Source: Octopus sinensis (lineage: Eukaryota). Taken from it: 64,000 bases of DNA. The notes under the pieces are model-generated. The model searched no databases and was not told the origin of the DNA. It saw nothing but the letters and a program-made list of their open reading frames with translations. Location of the stretch: contig NC_043011.1 in the NCBI RefSeq assembly GCF_006345805.1, positions 26,052,464 through 26,116,463 on the forward strand, read 5' to 3'. Numbering within the stretch: position 1 is the first letter of the stretch; the number at the start of each line of letters is the position of its first letter. Positions 25,392-38,835 of this stretch are shown here, in pieces. Both the position numbers and the translations under genes were made by a program.

Positions 25392-26607
25392 ACAAGCTTT
25401 TCACCACACAGTCACTATCCATCAGCTGTTGACTAAAATACTACAATACAAAAAAGTTACAAGTGTACATTTAAACATCAATTGTGTCTTGCTGTACAAA
25501 TAAACACTGTAATTAAACCAAAGGACTCCTTCTGAAGGACAGACTGAAGTAAAACAGTTTGACTAGTTTCACCTGGTCATGACCAGCTCATCAGGAATGT
25601 TAACCTCATCCATTCTACAGATAGAGAGACAGTAATTTACATGTATTTATGAAAAAATTGATGAGCAATTGACACTACTTTTGATTAATTTGTGCGTATC
25701 AGTAATTGATTGAAAAAGCATATTGATTAACTAAAATATTATTTACAAATAAGTTTGTAAGGTGGTTGGTGTTAGGAAGGGCATCCAGCCATAAAAATCC
25801 TGCTGAAACAGACAGTCAAGTCTGGTGCAGTTTTCTGCCTAGGCAACCTCTGTCAAACCATCCAAAATCAACAAAAATGAACATATGAGGAGGATGATGA
25901 TGTGTCTTTAAAAATCCACATTTAAAAAGCACCCATTACACTCTTGGAGTAGTTGGCATTAGGAAGGGCATCCAGCCATAGAAACCATACTAAATCAGAT
26001 TGGAACCTGGTGCAGCCCTCCAGCTTGCCAATTTCAGTCAAACCGTCTAATCCATGCCAGCATGGAAAACATACGCTAAATGACAATGATGATGATGATG
26101 ATAATGATGATGATGATGATGATTTAGCTTTGCAGTGAAATGAGACCCAAAATATTTATGCAAATTTATTTACAACCTGTTGGCAAATGTGTCATACAAG
26201 CAGTGTCAGTGTTGTTATTGTTATTGTTCTTGTTATAGGTGTTGTGTAGGTAACAGTACCATCATTACTGCTGTTGCTGTTGTTGTTGTTGATGATGATA
26301 ACGATGATGATGATGATGATGATGATGATGTTCTAATTATGCAAACACTAATTGGTATACATTGCTGTAAGGTGATTTTTGAAATCTAATTGATATTTAT
26401 AAATATTCTATTAGGATTTACTGTTGTTTTTTATTATTATGGCTGTTGCTGAATTTACTTTTACTGTTGTCAAAGTTTATAATACTATTGTGTGACTGTT
26501 GCTGCTATTACTATCACTGTTGTTACTGTTATTTTGTTGTTATTGTTGTTGTGTTGTTGCTACTGTTATTGTTGTTGTTGTTGTTGTAGCTGTCACTTCA
26601 TACTTGC

Positions 26608-26654
26608 CTTTCTTTGAATGCTTTTGCAGCCATTTCTTGAGCAGCTCTTCGAAC
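26608..26654 (-). CDS. VWA8: VWA8 exon 14 (VRRAAQEMAAKAFKE), followed by a GC donor
   Basis: ttgcag acceptor and AG|GCAAGT donor; resembles human VKRAAREMGQRAFQQ; the 47-nt length gives the required phase. Confidence 0.92.
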
Positions 26655-26883
26655 CTGCAACATATTTATCAGATATATATAAATTACATCAATTAATTCA
26701 ACATACTTGTTATATGATATATGATATTAGAATATAATTATTCATCTTTATCAATGTCTGCTCTGTCGCAACCACCATCTTAGAGAGCCCAAAATTTCTC
26801 TGAGCAACCACCAGTCACCTGTATTCCACACAGAACTGGAGTCAGCAAACCCTTTCAGTAATCTAAGGGATACTATTTGTATG

Positions 26884-26921
<38 letters not shown>

Positions 26922-27176
26922 CACATGCATATACATGTGTGCATGTATGTACATATGTAAGTATACTCTTTTACTATCTTTCAGTCATTTGACTGCGGCC
27001 ATGCTGGAGCACCGCCTTTAGTCGAGCAAATCAACCTCAGGACTTATTCTTTGGAAGTCTAGTATTTATGCTATCAGTCTCTTTTGCCAAACCGCTAGGT
27101 TACGGGTACGTAAACACACCACCATCGGTTATCAAGCGATGTTGGGAGACAAACAAAGATGCACAAACATATACAC

Positions 27177-27233
<57 letters not shown>

Positions 27234-27997
27234 CGACAGGCTTCTTTCAGTTTCCGTCTACCAAATCCACTCACAAGGCTTTGGTTGGCCCGAGGCTATA
27301 GTAGAAGACACTTGCCCAAGGTGCCACGCAGTGGGAATGAACCCGGAACCATGTGGTTGATAAGCAAGCTACTTACCACACAGCCACTCCTGCACCTATA
27401 TATATGTATATATGTATGTATATATATATGCATGTGTGTATGTATGTAAGTGCATTTGTACATACATATGTGGTTATATGTATGTACATATGAAAGTATA
27501 TACACATGTTTGTATTTATGTATGTATGTATGTATGTAGGTAGCTAGATAAGTAGGTAGTTAGGTATGTTTTCTTTGAGATTTAAGTTCTTCTTCATGGA
27601 TCTCAAATCAGCCACTAACAAAGCAACAAGAACTTTTACTTGTTTCAGTCATTTGACTGTGGCCATGGGAACATAAACACACCAACACCAGCTGTCAGGT
27701 GGTGGTGGTGGGGGGACAAACACACACACACGATGGTTGGCCTGAAGCTATAGTAGAAAACATTTGTCCAAGGTGTTGCACAGTGGGACTGAACCTGGAT
27801 TCAAGTGGTGTGGAAGCAATCTTCTTACCACACAGACATGCCAATGCCTATAAGCCATACCTGCATATATATATATATATATTAGACATGATACATAGAT
27901 GGCTGTTTTAGGCTAATAGACAAAAAGATTGCTAATCAGCTAAATTAATAGGTAAACAGCTATATAAAAGAGTTAATAGATGACTAAAGTGACTCAC

Positions 27998-28107
27998 CTC
28001 TTCTGGGACAGCATCTTTTTCAGCTTGGGAAACCTGGAAGACGTTGTGTCCACTGTCAAGCCGATATGGACCACCAATTCCACCTAAACCAGCTGTGTCA
28101 CGACCCC
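27998..28107 (-). CDS. VWA8: VWA8 exon 13 (GRDTAGLGGIGGPYRLDSGHNVFQVSQAEKDAVPEE)
   Basis: ttacag acceptor and GTGAGT donor; near-identical to the human segment. Confidence 0.97.
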
Positions 28108-30494
28108 CTGTAATTAAAAACAGAGCAAGAAAGAAAAATTGAAAGCAAGCAGGAAAGAGAAGTAGAACAGAAAGAAGTCACAGAGTGGGAAGTAGATAAA
28201 GAGAGAGATAAAAATGTATGAGAAAGAAAGAAAAAGAGAAAGATACAGAAGACAGAAAAACAAATAAGGATGAAGACAGAGTAAGAGAGAAAATGGGAAC
28301 AGGTAGATCAAATGAGGAGAGAGAGAGAGAGAATTTAAGAAATAGACAGAAGGAGTATGCTTAAGTGTGTGTTCACTGTAACACGTAACCCTGTTCAGAT
28401 TGTTGGTGACTGATTTGGCTGCCCTATCAGGGTTGCCTGGTGAGGAGGGGGTTTTTTGGGGGTTTTTTTAAAGTTTCAGCTCAGGGCTGCGGCCATGCTG
28501 ATGCACCGCCATTAAGAACTCAGGAAGATGGAAACAAGACCTGGTGAGAATATAATGAACAAATGCCAGTATAGGGTTAAGGACTATTCAGTCATATGTA
28601 AGGACACAAATACACAAGATAATGAATGAATGCAGTGTAAGATCATTTTTGAGAGTGATGAATCCTTAGTTCTTGACAAAACATCCGCCGATGAAAAGTA
28701 TACTCTGATCTAAAACATGAGGATAGTTCAGTTTTTGGTCACCCTGTACAATTTGGGGCCAACAGAGAAAAACTATTCTATATGAAAAGTGAGTGTAGTA
28801 CAATGCATGCTTCATTTATACACAAGCAGAAACCAGAGAACAGATTTTTTTTCAAAATGGGTCAAAATCATTGCAGCATTTGGAGTGTTATATGCACCAG
28901 TGACACTGAAATCTCACATATTTAACCCATATATGCCTATAAAAAAATGAAGTCTTAAAATTTTACTGTATTTAGATTAAATGTTATGTTAAGCTTTCAC
29001 AATCTGGAAGAGAAGGACAGTATGCAATTGTTAGCTATAGGTGTCAACTACCTACATAACATTTTGTATGCTTAGTCAGATGCTTCCTAGCGAGTTCATG
29101 TCCAAACAAGTAGGGGCAGGTTTTGTGTTGTGAAAATGCGACCTGGGGTGTGCCGGTGGCACCTAAAAGCACCATCCATACGTGGCCGATGTTAGCACTG
29201 CCTTGACTGGCTTCCATGCCAGTGGCACGTAAAAAGCACCAACCGATCATGGCTGTTGCCAGCCTCCCCTGGCACGTAAAAAGCATCCACTACACTCATG
29301 GAGTGGTTGGTGTTAAGAAGGGCATCCAGCTGTAGAAACACTGCCAGATCAGACTGGAGCCTGGTGCAGCGTCCTGGCTTCCCAGACCCCGGTCGAACCG
29401 TCCAACCCATGCTAGCATGGAAAACGGACGTTAAACGATGATGATGAGATGATGATGATGGGTTAACAGTTTACCAACTTGTTACAGCATACAATTTGAT
29501 GTAAGTTAGATGATAGCAGTTGCATTTCTATTTGTAAAAAGCAACAGCAACATCCTCTGTTAATTTATATTCCAAACACCAGTTTAATGATGACAAAGTT
29601 CCTTTACTAAATTCTTTATCATTTTCAAGATTAACTGAAACATGGGTAGTGGGTTTCAACAAAAATATGGTAACAAAAGATTTAAACATAGCTACTGACA
29701 TTTGATGGGTATCTAAGTTTAGCTTATGTACCCATCACAAGATCCACTTGTTGTTGCAATGTGAAGCATGTGTACCTCAATGAACACTGAGAGCTGTATT
29801 AGTGGAACATAAACTCTTGGGAGGACCTTCCATGCTGGACAGGTCAAAGGTTAGAGGTCAGACTAATATAGTCCACCTCTTCCCAGAAGTAAAATTGGGT
29901 TTGCATAGAGCCAACACTCCTAACTAGAAAAAGCAGTAACAGAAGCGTTGAGAGGAAGGCCTTCTCTTAGGGAAACATATGACATCTTAAAAATAGCTGG
30001 AGAAGGGATACTGAGGCAAAACTGAAAGAGCAGGAACCCAACTTGAGAGAAGCAGAAAATACAATCCAGTGTCAAAAACAGTAGACAAAAGTCATTGATG
30101 TTCTATACTCCATAAGTAAAGACCCCCTTTGGGTCACGAATGAGCATGGGATTGCACCTAGAAAGTTTCTTTCCAAGGTACAAAGCCAGGCAAGAATGTT
30201 TATGGAAGACAGCAGTTGACCATACATACCAGCCTCCCCTCTCCATGCCATCACTGTTATCGAAGGGAAAGGCAAAGGCCTATACACCTTGGTACCAATG
30301 ACATTGCAACTCATTTCTACAGCTCAATGGACTGGAGTAACACAAAATAAGCTTCTTGCTCAAAAACACAACACACAGTCTGGTCTGGGAATCAAACTCA
30401 CTACCTCATGAATGTGAGCCTGACACTCTAATCACAGAGCTATGTGATAGTGAAGAGCTTAATACCAAACAATCTTAAATATGTATATATTTAC

Positions 30495-30603
30495 CAGTTC
30501 CTCCAGCCCAGGTATTTCCCCCAACATGTGGGGCATTCTCAGGATCTATTTTCCCATGTTTAGGGAACTCAGCTGACTTGCCACTGTCACGCTCATAGTT
30601 AAT
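30495..30603 (-). CDS. VWA8: VWA8 exon 12 (INYERDSG...PKHGKIDPENAPHVGGNTWAGGT)
   Basis: ttccag acceptor and GTAAAT donor; highly conserved motif. Confidence 0.97.
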
Positions 30604-32042
30604 CTGGAAAACAAAATATATTCATGAGATTGGTTAGTTACTAGTTTTGGAGAGTTTGGTTGCTTGAATGATTAACTATTCTGAGGGAACTTTCTCTTTA
30701 TCTATGCTTATAATGGAAAAGAGAGTTGTTATGTTTTATAAAAAATTTACATTTTTCAATATGAAATAGATTTTTTTTTCTTTCAGATCATGCATTTAAA
30801 AATAACAACAAAAATTCTGTAAGGTAAGTGCAGATATCACTCTACAGTTGAGAAGCTTGATTCTCAGCCATGTAGTCTTTGGTTCAGTTCCACAACACAT
30901 CCTTGGGCAAATGTTTCTACAATGTATGTGTGTGTGTGTGTGTGCATGTGTGTTGTGTGTGTGTGTTGTGTACATTTGTCTAGATACCACAAGAGGGTTG
31001 TAAATGGGTTTCATCATCATACAAGCGAGGTTGTTTGTTGTCAATCTTCCATGAAAAACATGTCTAGCTATGGGAAAATATTAACTTGGAGACAGGAGAG
31101 GGTTGGCAACAGGAAAGGTATCTGGCCATAGAAAATTTACCTCAACAAATTTTGTGTGAACTGTATAAGCATGATAAAGTGGATGATAAATGATGATGAT
31201 GAAGATATCCCACAGGAAATGAATTAATAGCATATTTGAAGACATATCTACCTATTGTAGTTACTGTTTAGTTCCACCTGTAAAGGGAACTGGTTGATTC
31301 TTTACACTTTTTGGGTGCAACTTGGGTGCAACACAATTTCCTTTCTTTTTGTTTCCAGAAACTACCAGTCAGGAACAAAACGCAACTTTAAAAATATATA
31401 TGATTCTTTATTCTCTTATTTACAAATGAAGCACGTTGGTATATTGGTATCCACTTGGTTCAATATAGCAAGGCTGAATTTTAACATTTGTAAGATTCTT
31501 ACAACAAATTCAGCAGCAACAGAGCAGGTCAAATCCCAAGCGTCTGGAACAGGAGAATGGCTGATCACACATTTAACAAACAAATCCTTTCTCTTCAATA
31601 GCTGTGTCTCAAGTCAACGACGCTAACAAGGAACGTGATAGAATTTTCTTCCCCAGTCTCTAGCGCATGTGCATGAGGGAACTTCCTTAGGCCTTTCCAG
31701 AAGGTTCCAGCCCCACACACGCACACTGAAGAATGACGTTCCGCACACGCACACTGAAGAATGACGTTGCGTGTGCGCACACTGGAAAATGACGTCACTA
31801 CACACCTGTTTCAGCCTTGAAGAAGCAGATGTGCAATCAATGATATTCAATCCATTATCATCCAGTATTCTTTTAAGGAGTAATGCAACAAACAAAGACA
31901 ATACAGGGTCTTAAGTTTTTTAGAACATGGCAACCTCTTCTGTGCTGATACTTTGATGCCCTTCCTGTTTCTAAAGCCTACTTTTTTCACATGAGGGAAC
32001 TCTTACTTCACACATCTCTGAGAGGGCAGAATTCCGATTTAA

Positions 32043-32532
32043 GCACACCATATAACCCCTAACATTTCTATTTTGTGGGATTTTCAGAAAATTTTTGTGA
32101 ATTTGAGTTCCACACATGGGAATTCATATGATTATACAAAACATAATTTTTGTGTGTGTGATTTAAGGGCAATTTAGCTGTTATTTTAGCACATCTCACA
32201 ACCACCTGAAACCTTCATTTCTTTGTCACTCTGACATGCATTGATATTTTTCAATATTTTTGTCCTCATAAACACATTCAATGGAATGATGATGCACCCA
32301 ACAGTTGTCCATTGCTGGGATTTAAGCTAAAAATTTGGGCTGTCCATGTTTTAAACTCTGATTTAAAAATAAAAATGGAACTTTTACAGTTTAGGGGAGG
32401 TGGTGTTATAAAATTGAAAGAAAAACACCTTTTTTCATAATCATATGAAGTCCCGTATGCAGAGCACAAATTCACAAAAGATTTCTGAAAAATCCCCAAA
32501 ATGAAAAAGTTATGAGGGGTTATGTGGGGTCC
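32043..32532. mobile_element. 490-bp MITE with roughly 90-bp imperfect TIRs and TTAA flanks
   Basis: TTAA at 32039-32042 and 32533-32536; ends are inverted. Confidence 0.65.
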
Positions 32533-33259
32533 TTAAACCAGAATTCCACCTTTGAATGTATAAAATGAATAATGATTTGTTGACAGGTGAAGTCACAACA
32601 ACACTAATCAGAGCCCATGACTTTTGTAGAGCACAAATGTAAACAAACACACAGTCACACATACCTGCACATGCACATACATATCATACATGTAGATTTG
32701 TATGTTACATAATATTTTTATTTTGGTTGAGTTGATCTCTTGCTACTGTGAATGTCACCTGTAGGTACACAGGATCTTCAGACAAGTTATGAGTAATAAC
32801 TTGCTTGAAGACCCAGCGTACCTACAGGCGAAACCCAGAGTAGCAAGAGAGTGACTCAACCAAAATAAAAGCATTATTTATCTCTCCAATGGTAATGAAT
32901 ACTCCTTCTTCCAGCAGTTAACACCAAACATATGTACACACACACAACTTACACACATACATGTACATACATACATTGTGGGTTTCTGTCAGTTTCTATC
33001 CATAAAATCACTGCACAAAGTTTTGGTCAATTTCAGGCTTTAATAGACAGCACTTGCCCAAGGTACCATGCAGTAAGACTAGACAAAATAAAAAACTATT
33101 TGGTTTTTCTTAATCACACACATACACACACAGAGGCATGATGTCCACACACAAATGAATAAAGAAAAATTCGAAACAAATGAAGAGTTTCCAAATAAAA
33201 CAAAGTATATTTTAAAAAAACAAAGTATATTTTAAAAAAACAAAGTATATTTTTAAAAA

Positions 33260-33520
33260 ACCGTGCCGGTGGCTCGTAAAAAGCACCTTCCAACCGTGGC
33301 CGTTTGCCAGCCCCGTCTGGTGCCTGTGCCGGTGGCATGTAAAAAGCACCCACTACACTCACGGAGTGGTTGGCGTTAGGAAGGGCATCCAGCTGTAGAA
33401 ACATTGCCAGATCAGACTGGGCCTGGTGCAGCCTTCTGGCTTCCCAGACCCCAGTTGAACCGTCCAACCCATGCTAGCATGGAAAGCGGACGCTAAATGA
33501 CAATGATGATGATGATGATA
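33260..33520 (+). mobile_element. Non-autonomous SINE-like family with (GAT)n tail (copies about 445-600, 1370-1555, 6690-7035, 8130-8385, 22795-23100, 29140-29460, 52380-52550 and more)
   Basis: Conserved ggttggcgttaggaagggcatccagctgtagaaac...ccatgctagcatggaaagcggacg body. Confidence 0.82.
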
Positions 33521-33575
33521 TTTTTAAAAAACACATACATACAAAGCAATATAACAAACAGCAAGTAAAACTCAC

Positions 33576-33780
33576 ATGGAGTGGGCGTGTATCTTCATAA
33601 CCAATCATATTACGCCATTCCTGGAGGGAGCGCTGTAAATGGACCAACGATGTCTCCCACAGTTGTACATAACCACTGGAGTCAACTGTTACAAGTCCTT
33701 CACCACTGAGTGAGGCTAACTTCAGACTTGTGTCAGCGGGCTGCATCAGCCAGAAACTATATGGTGGAGAACGTCCTGAG
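33576..33780 (-). CDS. VWA8: VWA8 exon 11 (SGRSPPYSFWL...LWETSLVHLQRSLQEWRNMIG...PLH)
   Basis: tttcag acceptor and GTGAGT donor; LWET...LQRSL.EWRNMIG conserved. Confidence 0.96.
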
Positions 33781-35186
33781 CTGAAAGGGAACAGAAATCA
33801 GATGTCTGTTTGTCACTTATCTTTCATTATCATCATCATAATCACCATTAAAATAATTATTACCATTACCATTACATTAAATTAATAATAATAATGGTAA
33901 TGGTAATAATTATTTTAATGGTGATTATGCTGTCTGTCTAATCTGTAAGTATAATGCTCACTCCTTTATATCAGCAACAATATAACAAGATAAAACTATG
34001 CTATTTCATCCATCTTAATATTCTGAGTTCAAATTCCAGTGAGGTCAACTTTGCCTCTCATCCTTTTGGGTGTCAATAAAACAAGAACCAGTTAAGCACT
34101 GGAGTTGATGTAATTAATTTAACTACTCCTCAGAAAGACTATAAAAACTGAACCCCTCTGCCAAACCATGTCAAGCCAGTGTGGCAGAATAGGCTCATCA
34201 AGTGAGTACAATCTCAAGCTGAAATTAACAGCCCCAACATCAGACCATGTTTGGTGAAGAGAAAAAATACTGAGGCCTTTGCATTGCAGTGGACTGAACA
34301 GCAGCAATCAAATCTAATTCAATATGCAATGAAGGCAATACTAAATTAAAATAGCTACCTATATATCATACTTAATATATACATGCTACATATACTCAGC
34401 AGTGTGGATACTGACACTTCGTTGTTTACGACGACTAGGGTCCCAACAGGTCCAATCATTGGAACAACCTGCTTGTGAAATTAACATGCAAATGGCTGAG
34501 CACTTCACAGATACACACAGCCGAATGTAGTTGTCAAGGAGAGTCAGCATGATACAGAATGTGATGAGGTTGGCCCTTTGAATTACAAGGACAACTCATT
34601 TTTGCCTAGCTGAGTGAACTTGAGCAAAGTGAAATAAAGTGTTTTGCTCAAGGAAACAAAACACTACCAGGAATCAAACCCATGGCCTTACAATCATTTG
34701 TTGAATACCCTAACCACTAAGCCACACAACTTCACTCAGCAGTGTGTATATGCAGTGATATACACACTCATTGATACATACACAACATTGGAGTGTAATG
34801 TACTGACTAGACTGTACCAGTGATTAACAGGGTTCAGACAGCGTCCCAAACAGTGTCCCAAACAGCATCACACTGATTCTACCTCAATATTATGCTAATG
34901 GTACAAAATGTCTGTGGAATACTCAGCCACTAATAAACTACAATACAATGAGTTGCAAGTGTCTTTGATTGAGACAAAAGATAAGTCACACTTCTAAAGC
35001 TTAATCCTTCTATTTGTCCAGCAACTGGAACATTCATGCGGAAATTGTGGGAGTTCCGTCACATGTTTATGTGTGCGTGTGTGTGTGTGTGTGTGTATGT
35101 ATGCATCTGCATGTATAATCTGTAAGTATAATGCTCAACCCTTTATATCAACAACAATATAACAATATAAAACAGTGTATACAAAC

Positions 35187-35268
35187 CTTGGGACATTCAA
35201 ATATCTTAATTTCTTGTTCACTAAATCAGCAATTTCAAGAAAACCTGCAGCATCTAGTAAATCATTTT
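35187..35268 (-). CDS. VWA8: VWA8 exon 10 (NDLLDAAGFLEIADLVNKKLRYLNVP)
   Basis: ttgcag acceptor and GTTTGT donor; resembles human GYIEVTDLQSKKLRYIPIP. Confidence 0.92.
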
Positions 35269-36877
35269 CTGCAAGTAACACAATTTACAATAAATAAATA
35301 AAGCAGTTCAGCAAAAGAGATCGATAGAATAAGTACTGGGCTTACAAAGAATAAGTCCTGGGGTCAATTTGTTTGACTAAAGGCAATGCTCCAGCATGGC
35401 TGCAGTCAAATGACTGAAACAAGTAAAAGAATAAATACATATCCTGTTGTGTCTGGGGAGAGTCATTTTCTTTTTGTGTCTTATAATTTGACACATAGTC
35501 AAGACTATTGAAGAGGCTGCAAGACGCAACGAAAATTTTAGGAAAATAAAAATAAGAAATAAGTATAAAATTTACCGGTGAGTGTGTTAAATTATAATGC
35601 ACAAAAAGAAAATGACTCTCCCAGACACAACAGAATATGCTTCAACACACGAACTCATATAAAGAATTTTGCAAACCAAATCCAAAAACGAAAAATATAT
35701 ACATACAGGCATTCATATACACACACACACAAACACATACAGGCATATATATACATACAGTAGATAGGATTGGATTGCCTATGCTCAGTTCACTGCAGAA
35801 CAAGGGCCTCAGTATGTTCTCTTCACCAACCTCAGTTTGATGTGGAGGTTGTGATTTTGAGTTTAAGATCACACTGGTTTGATAAGCCTACTCTGTCACA
35901 CTGGCTTGACATAGGTTGGCAGAGGGGTGTAGATTTTTCTTTTATATATATATACTCATACCCCCAGGAGTAGTTAAATTGATTACATTGACCCCAGTGC
36001 TCAACTAGTATTTATTTTATCGATTCCAAAAGGCTGAAAGGCAAAGTTGACCTCAACAGAATTTGAACTCAGAACATAAGGATGGACGAAATACTGCTAA
36101 GCATTTCACCCACTGTGCAAACGATTCTGTGTGTATGTGTGTGTATGAATGAAATAGTACCACAGCTAATTACCAAAGACTAGAAATTGTAACAACTTCA
36201 TAATAAGCAAGCAAAAAAATGATATATACATATTTCTTGGCACCTTCTTCCTTAACTTCAAATTCAAAATACTGTCTTCTAGGGGACACCAAGTACACAC
36301 ATACACACACACATGTATGTACATATGTATGTATGTATGTGAAGGCTGATGGCTTAGTGGTTACGGCATTTGGCTCATGATTGTAAGGTTGAGCGTTCAA
36401 TTCCTGTCAGCATGGTGTGCCCCTGAACAAGACTCTTTACTCCATGTTATTTCAGTTCACCCAGCTAGCAAAAATGAGCTGTAGCTGTAATTTAAAGGGC
36501 CAGCCTTGTCACATTCTGTGTCATACTGAATCTCCCTGAGAACTACATTAATGGTATGCCTGTCTGTGCAGTGCTCAACTACTTGCACGTTAATTTCATG
36601 AGCAGGCTGTTCTGTTGATCGGATCAGCTGAAACACTCGTTATCATAACTGATGGAGTGCTAGTTAGTTAGTTAGTTAGGATATATGTATAAATGAATGT
36701 ATAGTGCTTAGAGGTTAAGCTAACAATTGCAAGGTCCATGAGCTGAGCAACAGATTGTATTCTTAAGCAATACACTAATTTCTTGAGTACTAGTGGCAGC
36801 TGAGAGTAGGATAAGCCTGACATGGTGGATTATTGACAAAGTTTGAAAGGAGTCTTGCATGCACTGTTAACTACTTA

Positions 36878-36908
<31 letters not shown>

Positions 36909-37487
36909 TACAATGAGATTTTGCACAGACAGTTGATATGTCAAAAGAGCTTGAGGAAATTGTTAAGGGAAATTCTGCAGAGGTGACATATAAAAGACCT
37001 CTTTTTGTGTGTGTGTGTGTGTGTGTATGTGCATGTGTGTGTGCGCACACGTGTGTGCATGTGTGTGTGTGCATGCATGTGTGTACACTCACACACACAT
37101 GCATACATACTATAAACAAACTTCGGAAGCACCCAAATGTGTTGAAAAACAGTAGAGAAAGATAGGGAATTTACCCTTAGAAGATAGGGAAAAAAGGTGT
37201 TGCTGCTTGCTAGCAGCTATTTTTTAGACTTCTAAAGGTAAATAGCCAATTTTTCTCTGCTATTTTCACAGCTATACTGTGTTCAATATTTCCATGCTGT
37301 CATGAGTTGGATGAGACATTTTGGAGCAATAATTTATAGCCAAATGCCTTTCCTGATGCCTCTTATGACATATAGTGATATGGTGTGCAAATTTCAAAAG
37401 ATAAGGACATACAAGGTCTCATACATGCATGCACACACATACACACACAGATATGAGATCCAAGATTTTTAAAAATAATCCACTTAC

Positions 37488-37680
37488 TTGTGACTTCAGC
37501 TGACTTAGGCACATACTCAGGCTCAATAGCACGGACAACTTGACCAGATTCTGGTAGTAACACAGGTACACTTGACTGTGGAGGCACATGTTGACGGAGT
37601 TTGTGTAAACTGAGAAAGTCATCATTACTAACATAAGTCTGCTCCCCTCGAGGAATCTGGTAAACCTCATTTGTTGTAGT
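37488..37680 (-). CDS. VWA8: VWA8 exon 9 (TTTNEVYQIPR...LLPESGQVVRAI...AEVT)
   Basis: ttgtag acceptor and GTAAGT donor; EVY and QVVR motifs. Confidence 0.9.
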
Positions 37681-38674
37681 CTACAATAGTAAAATGAATA
37701 AATGGATTTTACTCTGATGCTTCTCCAGCAGAGCACTCCTAATCGTGTGGGCTTGTAGATGCTGGTGCCTTGTAAAAAGTACCCGTACCAGTGCCACATA
37801 ATCGCATTTGTGCTGATGCTACATAAAAGCACCCTGTACACTTTGTAAAGTGATTGGTGTTAGGCAGGGCATCCAGTCATAGAAACTATGCCAAAATACA
37901 CATGGAGCCTGGCTGGCTCCTATCAAACCATTTCAGCATGGAAAACAGACATTAAATGATGGTGATGATGATGAAGATAATGATGGTTCACTGGAGATCA
38001 CTATACCAAAATCCCAGGATACTAACATAGACGCATTATACGACAATAACTAGAGACACTATATATGCATATATTAATACACACACATATCTCATCATTG
38101 TTATCATTATTTTTTATGTCTGTATTCGATGCTGGCATGGGTTGGATGATTCAACAGGGTCCAACTAGGATGAGGGCTGCACTGGTCTCCAAGTCTGTCT
38201 TGGCAAGGTTTCTACAGCTTGATGTCCTTCCTAACACCCACCACTTTACAGAATGTACTGGGTGCTTTTTTTTTTATGGCACCAGCACTAGTGAGGTCAC
38301 CAAGTAACTGACAAGACAGGACTCTTTAACGGAGTGAGGTTGCAGTATTGAGAGAGATGGTTTTGTGCCAGGTGTAGAGAGGCTAGAATAGAAAAGGATA
38401 GGAACAGGTGTTTTGCTGTAGAGGAGATACATAGCTACATGACTAGTCCAGCAAAAAAGGAAGAAAGTATGGTGGAGATGAGATATCAGGGCATATCCTC
38501 AAGGTACAAGAAGGTGGATAAAGAGAGAATAGGGGAAAGAAAATAGGTTCCCTAAGAAAACTGAAACTTGTAACATGTTAGTTCTGTTAAAAGATATAAA
38601 CTCCACTTAAACACAGTTTTGAGAAACTAATGTGAATTATATAAAGTGAAGTCAATAAGTCATATTCAACAAAC

Positions 38675-38835
38675 CTCACTATTTGGTGGGAAGCCAAGGG
38701 TAAGAACTGCATAGGTATCAGGTGTAGTGAGGAGACGGTTAGGACCTGCAGAAGTGTCATCTCCTAGTATCTTCTTCACAGTGATTTCGTCACATGGCCG
38801 TGATGTGGCAGCTGTTATTTCATTGTCAATCTCAC
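38675..38835 (-). CDS. VWA8: VWA8 exon 8 (EIDNEITAA...PNRLLTTPDTYAVLTLGFPPNSE)
   Basis: gtccag acceptor and GTTTGT donor; PNR.L...YA....GFP motif. Confidence 0.9.

Noticed and set aside
37419-37841. 140-aa minus-strand ORF
   Set aside because: Wrong frame over exon 9; the conserved frame is EVY...QVVR.
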